A stretch of 20,519 bases of DNA from Candidatus Undinarchaeales archaeon (GTDB lineage: Archaea; SpSt-1190; JASMDC01), in contig JASMDC010000054.1 in the NCBI GenBank assembly GCA_030753015.1, positions 1 to 20,519 of the forward strand, read 5' to 3'. Position 1 is the first letter of the stretch, and every line of letters starts with the position of its first letter. Below the pieces are notes generated by a model. It did no database searches. It worked only from the letters and a program-made list of their open reading frames with translations, and was not told the origin of the DNA. This document shows positions 7,371 to 15,980 of the stretch, piece by piece. The translations under genes were made by a program, and so were the position numbers.

Positions 7371-7480
7371 GACCATCGTGGTTCCCCTCGGTAGCCCCGT
7401 CCCGGCCCACGGGAACCACCGCCGTGGTGCCAAACGCTATAATAACCACCCCTCCCGCCCACGCGTCCGGGAGAGGAACC

Positions 7481-8218
7481 ATGGACATCGAGATCTACGA
7501 GGTACCCGGGACCGGGCACTATGTCTGCACGAGCCACGCGGCCGACGCGTCGTGGGTGGAGCGCTTCGCGGGCAGGGACGTGAACTACGACCTGTTCACC
7601 TCGCTCAACGATGAGCTTGATTACGCTAACGACGACCTGGGCACCGCTGGCATCGCCCTCTACACCGCATCGGACCGGGAGGCCGGGTTCTCGGGCCTCG
7701 TGGACGACCTGCAGGACCTGGAGCGGGGCCTTGGCAACGAGCTCAAGGTCACCGGCGGCCTTGCTGCCTGGTGCTGCTATCTCATGGCCACCAACCCATC
7801 GCCCGTGGGGATCCCCATCACGGCCCTCTCGAGCATCTACGCGCTCAACACCCACACCGCGCTCTCGGAGGTGCGCGAGTTCGCCGGACGTCTGCGCGAT
7901 GGCGAGGTGTCGGCCGACGACGCTCTCACCGAGCTGCGGGGGCTCTACGACGAGCGGGGAGTGGACCGGACCCGCTCCGAGCTCGACGGGGTACGGGGCG
8001 AGCTGGGCCTCTTCCGCCGGCTGTTCCCCGGGAAGGGGACGGCAGAGCGCATCGAGGGGCTCGAGCAGGAGCTGGCAGCCTCCTACACCGCGCTCAAGGA
8101 CCGCGCCCACGAGCTCGCCGAGGAGCTTGATGCGCCCTCGCTCAGGCAGGTGGGCGACGTGTACGGGAAGCTGGCCACGGGGGCGACCGTGCCGCTCGTC
8201 AGCGCGAGGAAGGGGTGA
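7481..8218 (+). CDS. Hypothetical helical/coiled-coil protein
   Basis: 245-aa ORF with strong codon bias, TATA-like CTATAATAA at 7437-7445 and a GAGAGGA SD; no family recognised. Confidence 0.7.
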   Translation: MDIEIYEVPGTGHYVCTSHAADASWVERFAGRDVNYDLFTSLNDELDYANDDLGTAGIALYTASDREAGFSGLVDDLQDLERGLGNELKVTGGLAAWCCYLMATNPSPVGIPITALSSIYALNTHTALSEVREFAGRLRDGEVSADDALTELRGLYDERGVDRTRSELDGVRGELGLFRRLFPGKGTAERIEGLEQELAASYTALKDRAHELAEELDAPSLRQVGDVYGKLATGATVPLVSARKG

Positions 8219-8322
8219 GCCCGGGCCGTCTCGAGGAGTGAGCGTGCCTTCTGTGAATCGGGGGTTATGTGCCGGGATGTTGCCTGATGGATACAATCAT
8301 CCCATGACGAAGGCCGAATCAG
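8219..8322 (-). pseudogene. N-terminal remnant of a HEPN-like gene
   Basis: The frame overlapping the MNT stop (CTGA) reads LIRPSSWDDCIHQATSRHITPDSQKARSLLETAR, resembling the 'W..C......ITPD..KA.SL.ETA' start of MNT-linked archaeal HEPN proteins. It then runs into the stop of the convergent gene. Confidence 0.65.
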
Positions 8323-8849
8323 AGCACCTCTACGAATCCGTTGAGGGTGATGCCGTTGACGATGTTGTTCGCTAGGCGCTCGTTCTCCACCGATCGAATG
8401 CTCGTGTGCACGAAGGATTGGATCCTCCGTCCCAGCCGCTCCTCGAAGGGCGCCAGGTCACCGACCTTCTTGTGAGCTGTCTCCACATAGATGTCGATGT
8501 CGCTCGTCTCGATGTCCTCCCCGCGTGCATAGGAGCCGAACACCACTAACGTCGGATTGTCGTACATGCGACGGAGGTGCTCGATCAGTCCCGATCCATG
8601 AAGTGAGCGCAGGTTGTACAACAACTTCTCCAGCAGATAGCTCGTGGACGTCCTACCGGCGATGAAGAAGGTGGTGTCGCCGATGATCTCCTTTCCGAGG
8701 AACCCCTCATCCACCAGCTCGCCCGTGTAGCGGATGACGGACGGAAGCGCGAGCCCAAGCTCCCGCTCCAACTGACGGACGCGGTACCTTCCGGTGGGAT
8801 TCTGGAAGAAGTGCTCGAGAAGGCGATGCTTGACGTTCCGCTGCCGCAT
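8319..8849 (-). CDS. wHTH + MNT antitoxin
   Basis: YRVRQLERELGLALPSVIRYTGELVDEGFL (HTH); VVFGSYARGEDIETSDIDIYV. Confidence 0.9.
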   Translation of the reverse strand: MRQRNVKHRLLEHFFQNPTGRYRVRQLERELGLALPSVIRYTGELVDEGFLGKEIIGDTTFFIAGRTSTSYLLEKLLYNLRSLHGSGLIEHLRRMYDNPTLVVFGSYARGEDIETSDIDIYVETAHKKVGDLAPFEERLGRRIQSFVHTSIRSVENERLANNIVNGITLNGFVEVL

Positions 8850-8907
8850 ATGATAACTTATGTTATCAACTGATATTTATAGTTATCATTACCCCGCGGA
8901 GGAGTAC
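8840..8907. repeat. Promoter/operator block P (copy 1 of 2)
   Basis: About 54/68 identical to 10037-10103 by manual alignment. Contains the ATGATAACT-N22-AGTTATCAT inverted repeat and ends in TACCCCGCGGAGGAGTAC. Confidence 0.8.
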
Positions 8908-8981
8908 CTACAGCTTCCTCTTCACGCCCTTCGCCCGCGAGAGCAGCATGGATGGCTCCACGCTCATGTTGAACAGCGCGC
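8908..8981 (-). repeat. Duplicated 3' end of the CDP-alcohol phosphatidyltransferase gene (att-like)
   Basis: 63/74 identical to 11338-11411; encodes ALFNMSVEPSMLLSRAKGVKRKL* vs ALLNMSVELSMLLSRAKGAKKRL*. Confidence 0.9.
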
Positions 8982-9093
8982 CGTGGTACCGAAGGACTTG
9001 TTGTCAAGACAACAGTTAATGTAATATTTCAGGTAATTGTTGAATAATACAACAACGAAATCTTTATTACCCTAGAACGTTATACTATACAAC

Positions 9094-9431
9094 ATGTCCG
9101 TCGAGGAGGTGCTGGTCCGCAACCTCGCCCAGTACCGGCGATGGGGCGACAAGGCGTACGACGCGAACGACCTCAATACCGCGTCACCCTCTACTACAAG
9201 GCACTGGTCGCGATCTCGGACATCATTATCTATCGCAAGACGGGGCTCGTCCCCTCCAACCATTCCGAGCGGTTCAGGCTCATGCGCAGGGAGTACCCCT
9301 AGCTCTACGAGGTCCTCGACCGGGACTTCGCGCACTATCGGGACAGCTACCATCTCGAGATACGACGCGAGGTGGTCGAGGTGGTGAGAAAGGATGTGGA
9401 AAGGTTCGTTGGTATCGTTCACATCAGCTGA
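9094..9431 (+). pseudogene. HEPN-like gene disrupted by a frameshift and a nonsense codon
   Basis: MSVEEVLVRNLAQY...NDLNTA, frameshift near 9182, then VTLYYKALVAISDIIIYRKTGLVPSNHSERFRLMRREYP*LYEVLDRDFAHYRDSY...; in-frame TAG at 9300-9302 and stop at 9429-9431. Confidence 0.8.
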
Positions 9432-10035
9432 GCTCGAGCGGATCAGGGCCTTCGCCCGGGAGCACTCGGACAGGATCCTAGACATCCTCGTCTATGGTTC
9501 CACGGTGCGCGGGAGGAGGGCCCCTGGCGACCTGGACGTCCTCGTCGTCCTCCGGGACGTGACCTCACAGGAGTACGTCGATATCCCCTACCGTCTCAGA
9601 AAGGTACTGGAGAAGGAGCGGGGGGAAGGGCAGCTCGACGTAAAGGGCGTGAAGACCGAGGAGTTCCTCGACCCGAACTACCTGGCGCGGACCAGGGTCC
9701 TCATCGAGGCGTACTCGCTCCTGCACGACGACTTCCTCTGCAAGCGGTTCGGGCTCGCTCCTCATGCGCTCTTCACCTTCGACCTGAAGGGCCTGACGCG
9801 CTCCGAGAAGACCAGGTTCCACTATGCCATGAAGGGGCGCTCCGGTGAACCCGGTGTGCTCGATGAGCTCGGAGGCGTCCACCTGGGCCGCGGTGTGGTC
9901 CTCGTGCCGATCAACGCAGCCGGCGACTTCTGTGACCTCCTGGAGCTGTGGAACGTCGGGTACGAGGTCTTCTACGGGATGGCCGAGGAGAGGATCCTCG
10001 AGCGCAAGCGGTCGCCGGGAGCGCGCCCGGCCTAA
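9394..10035 (+). CDS. MNT nucleotidyltransferase fused to a Cas2/VapD-like C-terminal domain
   Basis: ILVYGSTVRG....GDLDVLV; the C-terminal LFTFDLKGLTRSEKTRF...GVL...LGRGVVLVP resembles 608-907. Confidence 0.85.
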   Translation: MWKGSLVSFTSAELERIRAFAREHSDRILDILVYGSTVRGRRAPGDLDVLVVLRDVTSQEYVDIPYRLRKVLEKERGEGQLDVKGVKTEEFLDPNYLARTRVLIEAYSLLHDDFLCKRFGLAPHALFTFDLKGLTRSEKTRFHYAMKGRSGEPGVLDELGGVHLGRGVVLVPINAAGDFCDLLELWNVGYEVFYGMAEERILERKRSPGARPA

Positions 10036-10036
10036 A

Positions 10037-10103
10037 GCTGCTGAATATGATAACTTCTGCTATCAACCGATATCCCGAGTTATCATACTCCATGGAGAAG
10101 TAC
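10037..10103. repeat. Promoter/operator block P' (decayed copy of 8840-8907)
   Basis: Keeps ATGATAACT-N22-AGTTATCAT, but the TATA (TATTTAT->TATCCCG) and the start codon are mutated. Confidence 0.8.
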
Positions 10104-10220
10104 TTGGCCTACGTACTACACGACCATAACTATCCTGACACGGGATAGTACTACTGCGGGTAGGGGCAAACGCTTTTATATTATTGAAAACAATAATAGT
10201 TATTACGGTTGATGATAATA

Positions 10221-10727
10221 ATGAAGATGAGCTCCGTCAGGGCAATGCTCCCCCGGGAGGAAGGTCCCATCAACAGGTTCTTCGACAACTGCATGAAGCG
10301 CAAACGGCTCCTCGATGACGTGCCCGACCATCACAGAAAGCATCTGCTGAAAGCTAAGCACGACCTAGCAAGGGCCAGGGCGGAGTTCGATGACGAGTGC
10401 TGGGATTGGACGGTGGTCATGGCCTACTATGCCATCCATCATGCAGGCAACGCGCTCCTGTCACGGGAAAAAGGTCTGTTCTCCAAGGACCACTCATGTC
10501 TCATCATCGCCCTGCAGCGGTGGGACCTCATCACCGCGGACTTCATGGGAGAGATGGCACAGGTCCATCAGCGGTTCGCCGATGCGGTCGATCTGGACCT
10601 CACGTTCCAGTTGAGGAAGATAAGCCAGTACAGCGTGGACGAGTGGGAGGATATCACCCGTGAGGACGCCGGGGCCATCCTCGAGGTCGCCGCCAGGCTC
10701 GTGCGCTTCGTGGAGCGGGGGACATGA
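10221..10727 (+). CDS. HEPN-domain protein
   Basis: HLLKAKHDL...WDWTVVMAYYAIHHAGNALL...G..SKDHSC...LRKISQY. Exact start uncertain (10212/10221/10227). Confidence 0.88.
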   Translation: MKMSSVRAMLPREEGPINRFFDNCMKRKRLLDDVPDHHRKHLLKAKHDLARARAEFDDECWDWTVVMAYYAIHHAGNALLSREKGLFSKDHSCLIIALQRWDLITADFMGEMAQVHQRFADAVDLDLTFQLRKISQYSVDEWEDITREDAGAILEVAARLVRFVERGT

Positions 10728-11335
10728 TCGAGGGTATCGTGCCCGGGACGAGGGCCCGGCTGGCGGTGCTGCGTGCAGTGCTCGAGAACGAGGGGACCAC
10801 CATCACGGGACTCATACAGAGGACAGGCGTATCGCCCAACACCGTCATCGCCTATGTCGACCGTCTCGTCGCTGCCAGAGTACTGCGCGAGGATCGGATA
10901 GGTGGGGTGCGGAAAACGCATATCCGCCAGCTCTACGTGCGCACGGACAGTGAGTTCGCACGTTCGATCATCGCACTTGTCGAGCTCGACCGACGGCTCG
11001 CGCTCTTCGAGACCTATCGATATCTTCGCTCGATCATGGAACACCTGGTCGATGTGCTCGGTGAGAGGGCGATGTTCGTCCTTGTGTACGGCAGCCATGC
11101 CCGACTCGCCGCCACGCCGGAGAGCGACCTCGACCTGCTCGTCGTTGGAGGTCCCGGTATCGCGCGGACGCGCGGGCTTGCCGACGTGTTCGTGACGCTG
11201 GAGGCCGAGCACTCGCTGCGGACCATGTCGCCGGAGGAGTTCCGGGAGAAGAGAGGGACGCCTTTTCTCCAGACGATACTGCGCGACCATGTCGTCATCG
11301 CAGGGATGGACGCCTTCCTCAAGGAACTCGTGTAG
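10724..11335 (+). CDS. wHTH + MNT antitoxin
   Basis: TTITGLIQRTGVSPNTVIAYVDRL (HTH); LVYGSHAR....ESDLDLLVV; ATGA overlap with the HEPN gene. Confidence 0.9.
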   Translation: MIEGIVPGTRARLAVLRAVLENEGTTITGLIQRTGVSPNTVIAYVDRLVAARVLREDRIGGVRKTHIRQLYVRTDSEFARSIIALVELDRRLALFETYRYLRSIMEHLVDVLGERAMFVLVYGSHARLAATPESDLDLLVVGGPGIARTRGLADVFVTLEAEHSLRTMSPEEFREKRGTPFLQTILRDHVVIAGMDAFLKELV

Positions 11336-11337
11336 CC

Positions 11338-11991
11338 TTACAGCCGCTTCTTGGCGCCCTTGGCCCGCGAGAGCAGCATGGACAGCTCCACGCTCATGTT
11401 CAGCAGCGCGCACAGGGCCACGGCCCCCACCGCCTCGGGCGTATAGCCGGAGAGCAGACCCACCACCACAAGCTCGCGCCGGGGCGTCCGCGTCACATCG
11501 AAGCCCTCGATGCCCAGCGCCTTGCCGTGCACCCGGTTGAACACGATGAGCGTGCCCGCGAACAGCGCCGTGATGCACATCTCCGGCGGTGCCAATTTCG
11601 CCACCGCCACAGCGCCCAGGATGAGGAACTCGCTCATCCGGTCCACGGCGAAGTCCAGCACCGCACCGCGCTCGGTCTCCATGTGCTTGGCCCGGGCCAG
11701 CAGGCCGTCGAGCGCGTCGAACCCGGCGGCCAGTACGAAAAAGACCGCTCCCAGCTCAGGACGCTGGTTCCAGATGAAGTACGCGCCCATCACCGACGCC
11801 CACAGGTCGATGAGCGTAGCGCCGTTGGGAGAGAGCGGGATGCGCTCCACCAGGCCGCCGAACCGGATCAGGGTGTCCTGCTTGATGGCGCCGAGCGTGG
11901 CCCTGCTGCCGCCGCGCAGGAGGTACAGGGGCACCCAGAACAGTCCAGTCGTGCAGAACAGGCCCAGAACGAGATCATCCAATGGTCTCAC
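11338..11991 (-). CDS. CDP-alcohol phosphatidyltransferase family protein
   Basis: SPN..T and the D-x2-DG-x2-AR-x8-G-x3-D-x3-D motif (FDALDGLLARAKHMETERGAVLDFAVDR). Confidence 0.92.
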   Translation of the reverse strand: MRPLDDLVLGLFCTTGLFWVPLYLLRGGSRATLGAIKQDTLIRFGGLVERIPLSPNGATLIDLWASVMGAYFIWNQRPELGAVFFVLAAGFDALDGLLARAKHMETERGAVLDFAVDRMSEFLILGAVAVAKLAPPEMCITALFAGTLIVFNRVHGKALGIEGFDVTRTPRRELVVVGLLSGYTPEAVGAVALCALLNMSVELSMLLSRAKGAKKRL

Positions 11992-12709
11992 CCATCAACC
12001 AGTAGCGCGTGTTCACCCGCAGCTTTGTGACCCACTCGTTCATATAGCTGAGCACTCCGATGCGCCGGGTCCGCAGGGCGAACCTGCCCTTGTGCACCGC
12101 ATCCAGCACGTCGTCGGTCGAGCCGGCATCGTCCTCGCTGAACAGCGTGACCCCGAGGGCCAGCTGGTCGAGCAGGTGTGCGTCGCTGCCCGCGACCCCC
12201 GGCAGTCCGGCCTTGCGTGCCAGGCGTGCCGCGGCCGAGTTGATCGGCGGGATCAGGGCGCAGTGCGAGTTGTAGACCTCCACGGCGTCGAACGGCACGG
12301 ACAGCGGTGCCCAGAGCACGCTGGCGCCCCAGAAGCCCGCGTACGGGTGTGCTGCAATGGCGATACCGCCCTCGTCGTGGACCCTGTCCACCAGCTCGGC
12401 GGGCGACAGCCGGTCGGTGTGCTCGATGGTCTCGGCGATCCCCAGCACCACCACGTCGCCCCGCGAGCACCGGGCCTCCTGTGCGGGGAGCGCGAGCATG
12501 TCGATTCCCTTCTCCGCAACGACCCTGGCCGCCTGCTGGCTGCCCGCAGCGCTGTTGTGGTCGGCGATGGCGATGCCCCGGAGCCCAAGCCGCGACGACT
12601 CGGCCACGATCTCGGGGACGGTGGGGAAACCGTCGTACTTCCACATCCGGATGCCCGAGTAGCACGAGTGGACGTGCAGGTCGAACGGGACGGTGAACTC
12701 GTCACCCAT
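11975..12709 (-). CDS. PHP-domain metallophosphoesterase
   Basis: DLHVHS, IAIADHN, AAHPY, AVEVYNS, AGSDAH. Confidence 0.92.
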   Translation of the reverse strand: MGDEFTVPFDLHVHSCYSGIRMWKYDGFPTVPEIVAESSRLGLRGIAIADHNSAAGSQQAARVVAEKGIDMLALPAQEARCSRGDVVVLGIAETIEHTDRLSPAELVDRVHDEGGIAIAAHPYAGFWGASVLWAPLSVPFDAVEVYNSHCALIPPINSAAARLARKAGLPGVAGSDAHLLDQLALGVTLFSEDDAGSTDDVLDAVHKGRFALRTRRIGVLSYMNEWVTKLRVNTRYWLMGETIG

Positions 12710-13838
12710 CCAGAAGCCACCTCAGCGAGCGGGTGTACCCCGCAGCGCCCTCCACGGGGCAGACGTTCCAGCAGATGCCGCAGCACAGGCACGTCGAGGA
12801 GTCGGTCCGGGGCGGCTCTCCCTTCGTCAGCGCGTCGACGGGACACGCATCCACGCAGTCGCCGCACCCGGTGCACTTGGCGGTGAACCGCGGGTACTGG
12901 AGGATCAGCCCGCCCGCGTTCTTGTTGATACTGCGCAGGTCGATGCCGAACCGGCGGACCAGGAAGTACTGCACCCGGGTCCAGTACTGCTGGATGAGGA
13001 GCGAGGGCGTGATGAACCGCGCACGTGCGAACCGCCGCGGCTCGGGGGCGTCACCCTCCACCGCGTACTCGAGCTGGCCCAGGCCCGCGTCGTGGGCGAG
13101 CACCAGGTGCCGCACGTCCTCCGGCTCGTACCCGGTGAGATGGGCGATGAAGGCGTCGATGGCCACCGGATCCAGGCACGCCGCCACCGCGTCCAGCGGT
13201 ACCGGGTCGCCCGTCATGGGCCCGTGGCCCTCCAGGCACGTGGTCATGTCCAGCACCGACAGGTCGGGCCGGGCCGCCTGTGCGATGTCGACGATGGCCT
13301 CGTTCACACCGGAGAGGTGGGTGCGCCACTTCTCGGTGTCGGGCACGGTACCGTGCATGTTCTTCACGGCGCCCGTGATGGTGGTGACGTTGTGGGTCTT
13401 TGCCACCGGGACGGAGATGACCGAGTCCACCTCGTCCAGCAGGGACGTCAGGTGTACGGTGTCCAGTGTCTGGGGCCGGGGTACCTCGTAATCCTTGGCA
13501 GGATAGGTGTCCAGGTCCACCAGCCGGACGTCCAGCTTCTTGGCCAGCGCGTCGACGCCCAGGGCGGAGAACACGTCGGCCGTCCTGAACGGCACGCCGC
13601 AGGACTCGCCGATCACCGGGGTAGCTCCCAGGGAGCGCACCACATCGACGATCCCCTCGACGACCTCGAGATTGGTTGTGACGCCGGTAGCGCTCACCGC
13701 CGGTCGCACGAAGTTGGGCTTCACGAGCACGACATCGCCTTCCGCCACCACCTCGCGCACGCCCGCGGCCTCCATGACCTCTCGCACCATGATGGGCACA
13801 AGACCGCCCTTGCGGACGCATATGGTGGGGAGGGTCAC
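12702..13838 (-). CDS. DUF362 protein with C-terminal 2x[4Fe-4S] ferredoxin domain
   Basis: VLVKPNFV...GVTTN, VPVAKTH...ITGAVKNMHG, EGHGP..G, DPVAID; CTGCGDCVDACP and CLCCGICWNVCP. GTG start overlaps the upstream TGA. Confidence 0.9.
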   Translation of the reverse strand: MTLPTICVRKGGLVPIMVREVMEAAGVREVVAEGDVVLVKPNFVRPAVSATGVTTNLEVVEGIVDVVRSLGATPVIGESCGVPFRTADVFSALGVDALAKKLDVRLVDLDTYPAKDYEVPRPQTLDTVHLTSLLDEVDSVISVPVAKTHNVTTITGAVKNMHGTVPDTEKWRTHLSGVNEAIVDIAQAARPDLSVLDMTTCLEGHGPMTGDPVPLDAVAACLDPVAIDAFIAHLTGYEPEDVRHLVLAHDAGLGQLEYAVEGDAPEPRRFARARFITPSLLIQQYWTRVQYFLVRRFGIDLRSINKNAGGLILQYPRFTAKCTGCGDCVDACPVDALTKGEPPRTDSSTCLCCGICWNVCPVEGAAGYTRSLRWLLDG

Positions 13839-14431
13839 GCGGCCAGCTCCTTGCGCAGGGTGTTGGCCTGGAGGACCAGCAGTGCCACGTAGATGATGAT
13901 GATAGCGTAGAATGCCAGGTCGAACCTGCCCAGGACCCACCCGAGCAAGACCACGGCGCGGCCGCCGGTGGCCTCCACGGTGTCGATGTCCCAGTCGAGC
14001 TTGAGCCTCAGGCGCACGTAGTCGATGAGCATGAACAGGAAGAGCGCTGTAAGCGCCAGGATGGGCTCCACGCGGTTTGTGGCGGCCAATGCTGCGAACA
14101 GGGCGAACACAGTAACCCGGTCCACGAGCCGGTCGAGCAGCGCGCCGCTCTTCGATGTGGTGCCGGTGAGCCGGGCGAGCGAGCCGTCGAACCCGTCGAG
14201 CACCCACGAGAGCACCACCAACGCCATGGCCAGGTCGAGCTCGCCACGTGACACGAGGACGTGGACCGCCGCCGCCGTGACCAGCAGCGAGAGCAGCGTG
14301 ACGGTATTGGGCGTGACGCCCAGACGGGCCAGCACCCGGCAAACAGGGGTGAGGTACGGGTCGAAGAACGACACGCGCAGCTCCTCGCCCCCGCCCGGGG
14401 CGCCCATGAGCCTGACGGCTAGATCAGCCAT
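13835..14431 (-). CDS. CDP-alcohol phosphatidyltransferase family protein
   Basis: GVTPNTVT and LDGFDGSLARLTGTTSKSGALLDRLVDR motif. Confidence 0.92.
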   Translation of the reverse strand: MADLAVRLMGAPGGGEELRVSFFDPYLTPVCRVLARLGVTPNTVTLLSLLVTAAAVHVLVSRGELDLAMALVVLSWVLDGFDGSLARLTGTTSKSGALLDRLVDRVTVFALFAALAATNRVEPILALTALFLFMLIDYVRLRLKLDWDIDTVEATGGRAVVLLGWVLGRFDLAFYAIIIIYVALLVLQANTLRKELAA

Positions 14432-14816
14432 TATCAACGCGGAACTTGTAGCCGTAATGTATGATGCCGGTCTTCCCGTCCTCACAGATCTTGCGGAAGG
14501 TCATTGCGACCCTGTCGCCGATCTTGATGGTCTCGGGATCGGTACCGACGACCTGTGCGGTGATCATGGGACCCTCGTCCAGTTTCACCACGGCCACGGC
14601 GTACGGTGCGTCCTTCCCGAAGCCCGCCGGGGCCACACGGACCACTGTGTTGGTGTACACCTCGCCCTTACCCGAGAACGTGAAGTCCTCGATGTTGGTG
14701 GAACCGCAGTCGCAGAAGGTGGTCCGCGGGAAGTGGAGCTTCTTGCACTTCTCGCACTTGGAACCGGTCAGGTTGTACTTGCCGAACTTCTCTCTCCAGA
14801 GGCTTGCAACGCGCAT
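14424..14816 (-). CDS. DUF35 Zn-ribbon/OB-fold scaffold of the thiolase-HMGCS complex
   Basis: CEKC...FPR..C.CGS, GKGEVYT, PYAVAVVKLDEG, GIIHYGYKF; directly after the thiolase. Confidence 0.92.
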   Translation of the reverse strand: MRVASLWREKFGKYNLTGSKCEKCKKLHFPRTTFCDCGSTNIEDFTFSGKGEVYTNTVVRVAPAGFGKDAPYAVAVVKLDEGPMITAQVVGTDPETIKIGDRVAMTFRKICEDGKTGIIHYGYKFRVDNG

Positions 14817-14817
14817 C

Positions 14818-15978
14818 TTAGTCCCTCCCCATGATGTTCACGATCGCTGTTCCGCCCGACCCACCGACGTTGTGGATCATGGCGCGGGTGGCGCCGTCGA
14901 CCTGACGGCCGCCGGCCTCGCCACGGAGCTGTAGCATGACCTCGTAGATCTGGGCGATGCCCGTGGCGCCCACCGGGTGGCCCTTGGACTTGAGGCCGCC
15001 GGAGGCGTTGACCGGGATCCTGCCGTCCCGGGCCGTGACGCCCTCCTCGGTGGCGGGTCCTGCCTTGCCCTTCTCGATGAACCCGAGGTCCTCGATAGCG
15101 AGCAGCTCGGCGATGGTGAAACAGTCGTGCACCTCGACCAGATCGATGTCCTTGGGGGTGAGCTTGGCGTTCTTGAAGGCCATCTTCCCCGCGGCCACCG
15201 TGGCCTCGAGCGTGGTGAGAGTGACCCTGTTGTGGAGGGCGATCGAGTCCGAGCCCTGCCCGGAGCCCTGGAAGTAGACGGGCGTGTCGGTGAGCTTCTT
15301 GGCGATGGACTCCTTGGAGATAACCACGGCCGCTGCACCATCGGAGATGGGCGAGCAGTTAAGGAGCCTGATCGGGTCGGACACCAGCGCTGACTTCAGC
15401 ACCTTCTCGATGGAGAGGGGGAACCGGAACTGCGCATTAGGGTTGAGCACCCCATTGTCGTGGTTCTTCACCGCGACCGCGGCCATCTGCTCCTCGGTAG
15501 TGCCGAACTCGTGCATGTGCCGTCGCGCCAGCATGGCGTAGAGGGCGGGGAACGTCACGCCGAAGTACGCCTCCCAATCACCGTCGGCGGCCATGGCAAG
15601 GCCGCTGGTGACGTTCTCTGGGGGCAGGTCGGTCATCTTCTCCACGCCCACGCACAGCACGGTGTCGTACGCGCCAGCGAGGATCGAGAGGTGGCCCATG
15701 CGCGCGGCCAGGCCGCCGGAGGCGCACGCGGCCTCGACCCTCGTCGAGGGCTTGGGGGCCAGGTGCAGTTCGCGGGAGATCAGGGAGGCCAGGTGCTCCT
15801 GACCGTTGAAGTACCCTCCCGCCATGTTGCCGATGAACAGGGCGTCCACGTCCTTGGGGCCGATGCCGGCATTCTTCATGGCCTTGCGTCCGGCCTCCAC
15901 GGCAAGCTCCCTCAAAGAGAGGTTCCAGTGCTCGCCGAAGCTGGTCATGGCACCGTCCACGACTGCGACTCGTTCCAT
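14818..15978 (-). CDS. Acetoacetyl-CoA thiolase (archaeal mevalonate pathway)
   Basis: VEAACASGG, EVHDCF, NASGGLKSKGHPVGATG, HNVGGSG. Confidence 0.95.
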   Translation of the reverse strand: MERVAVVDGAMTSFGEHWNLSLRELAVEAGRKAMKNAGIGPKDVDALFIGNMAGGYFNGQEHLASLISRELHLAPKPSTRVEAACASGGLAARMGHLSILAGAYDTVLCVGVEKMTDLPPENVTSGLAMAADGDWEAYFGVTFPALYAMLARRHMHEFGTTEEQMAAVAVKNHDNGVLNPNAQFRFPLSIEKVLKSALVSDPIRLLNCSPISDGAAAVVISKESIAKKLTDTPVYFQGSGQGSDSIALHNRVTLTTLEATVAAGKMAFKNAKLTPKDIDLVEVHDCFTIAELLAIEDLGFIEKGKAGPATEEGVTARDGRIPVNASGGLKSKGHPVGATGIAQIYEVMLQLRGEAGGRQVDGATRAMIHNVGGSGGTAIVNIMGRD

Positions 15979-15980
15979 CT

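Noticed and set aside
7378-7419. GTGGTTCCC...GGGAACCAC inverted repeat after gap
   Set aside because: Single occurrence with no U-tract or other support; cannot be assigned as a terminator or ncRNA.
6020-8296. 758-aa minus-strand ORF
   Set aside because: Antisense shadow of gap and the 7481 gene, expected with high GC3; no recognisable domain.
11510-13892. Long plus-strand ORFs (458, 399 and 252 aa) and the extension of DUF362 to 14342
   Set aside because: Antisense or overlapping frames of well-supported genes; the DUF362 start fits the GTGA overlap at 13838.
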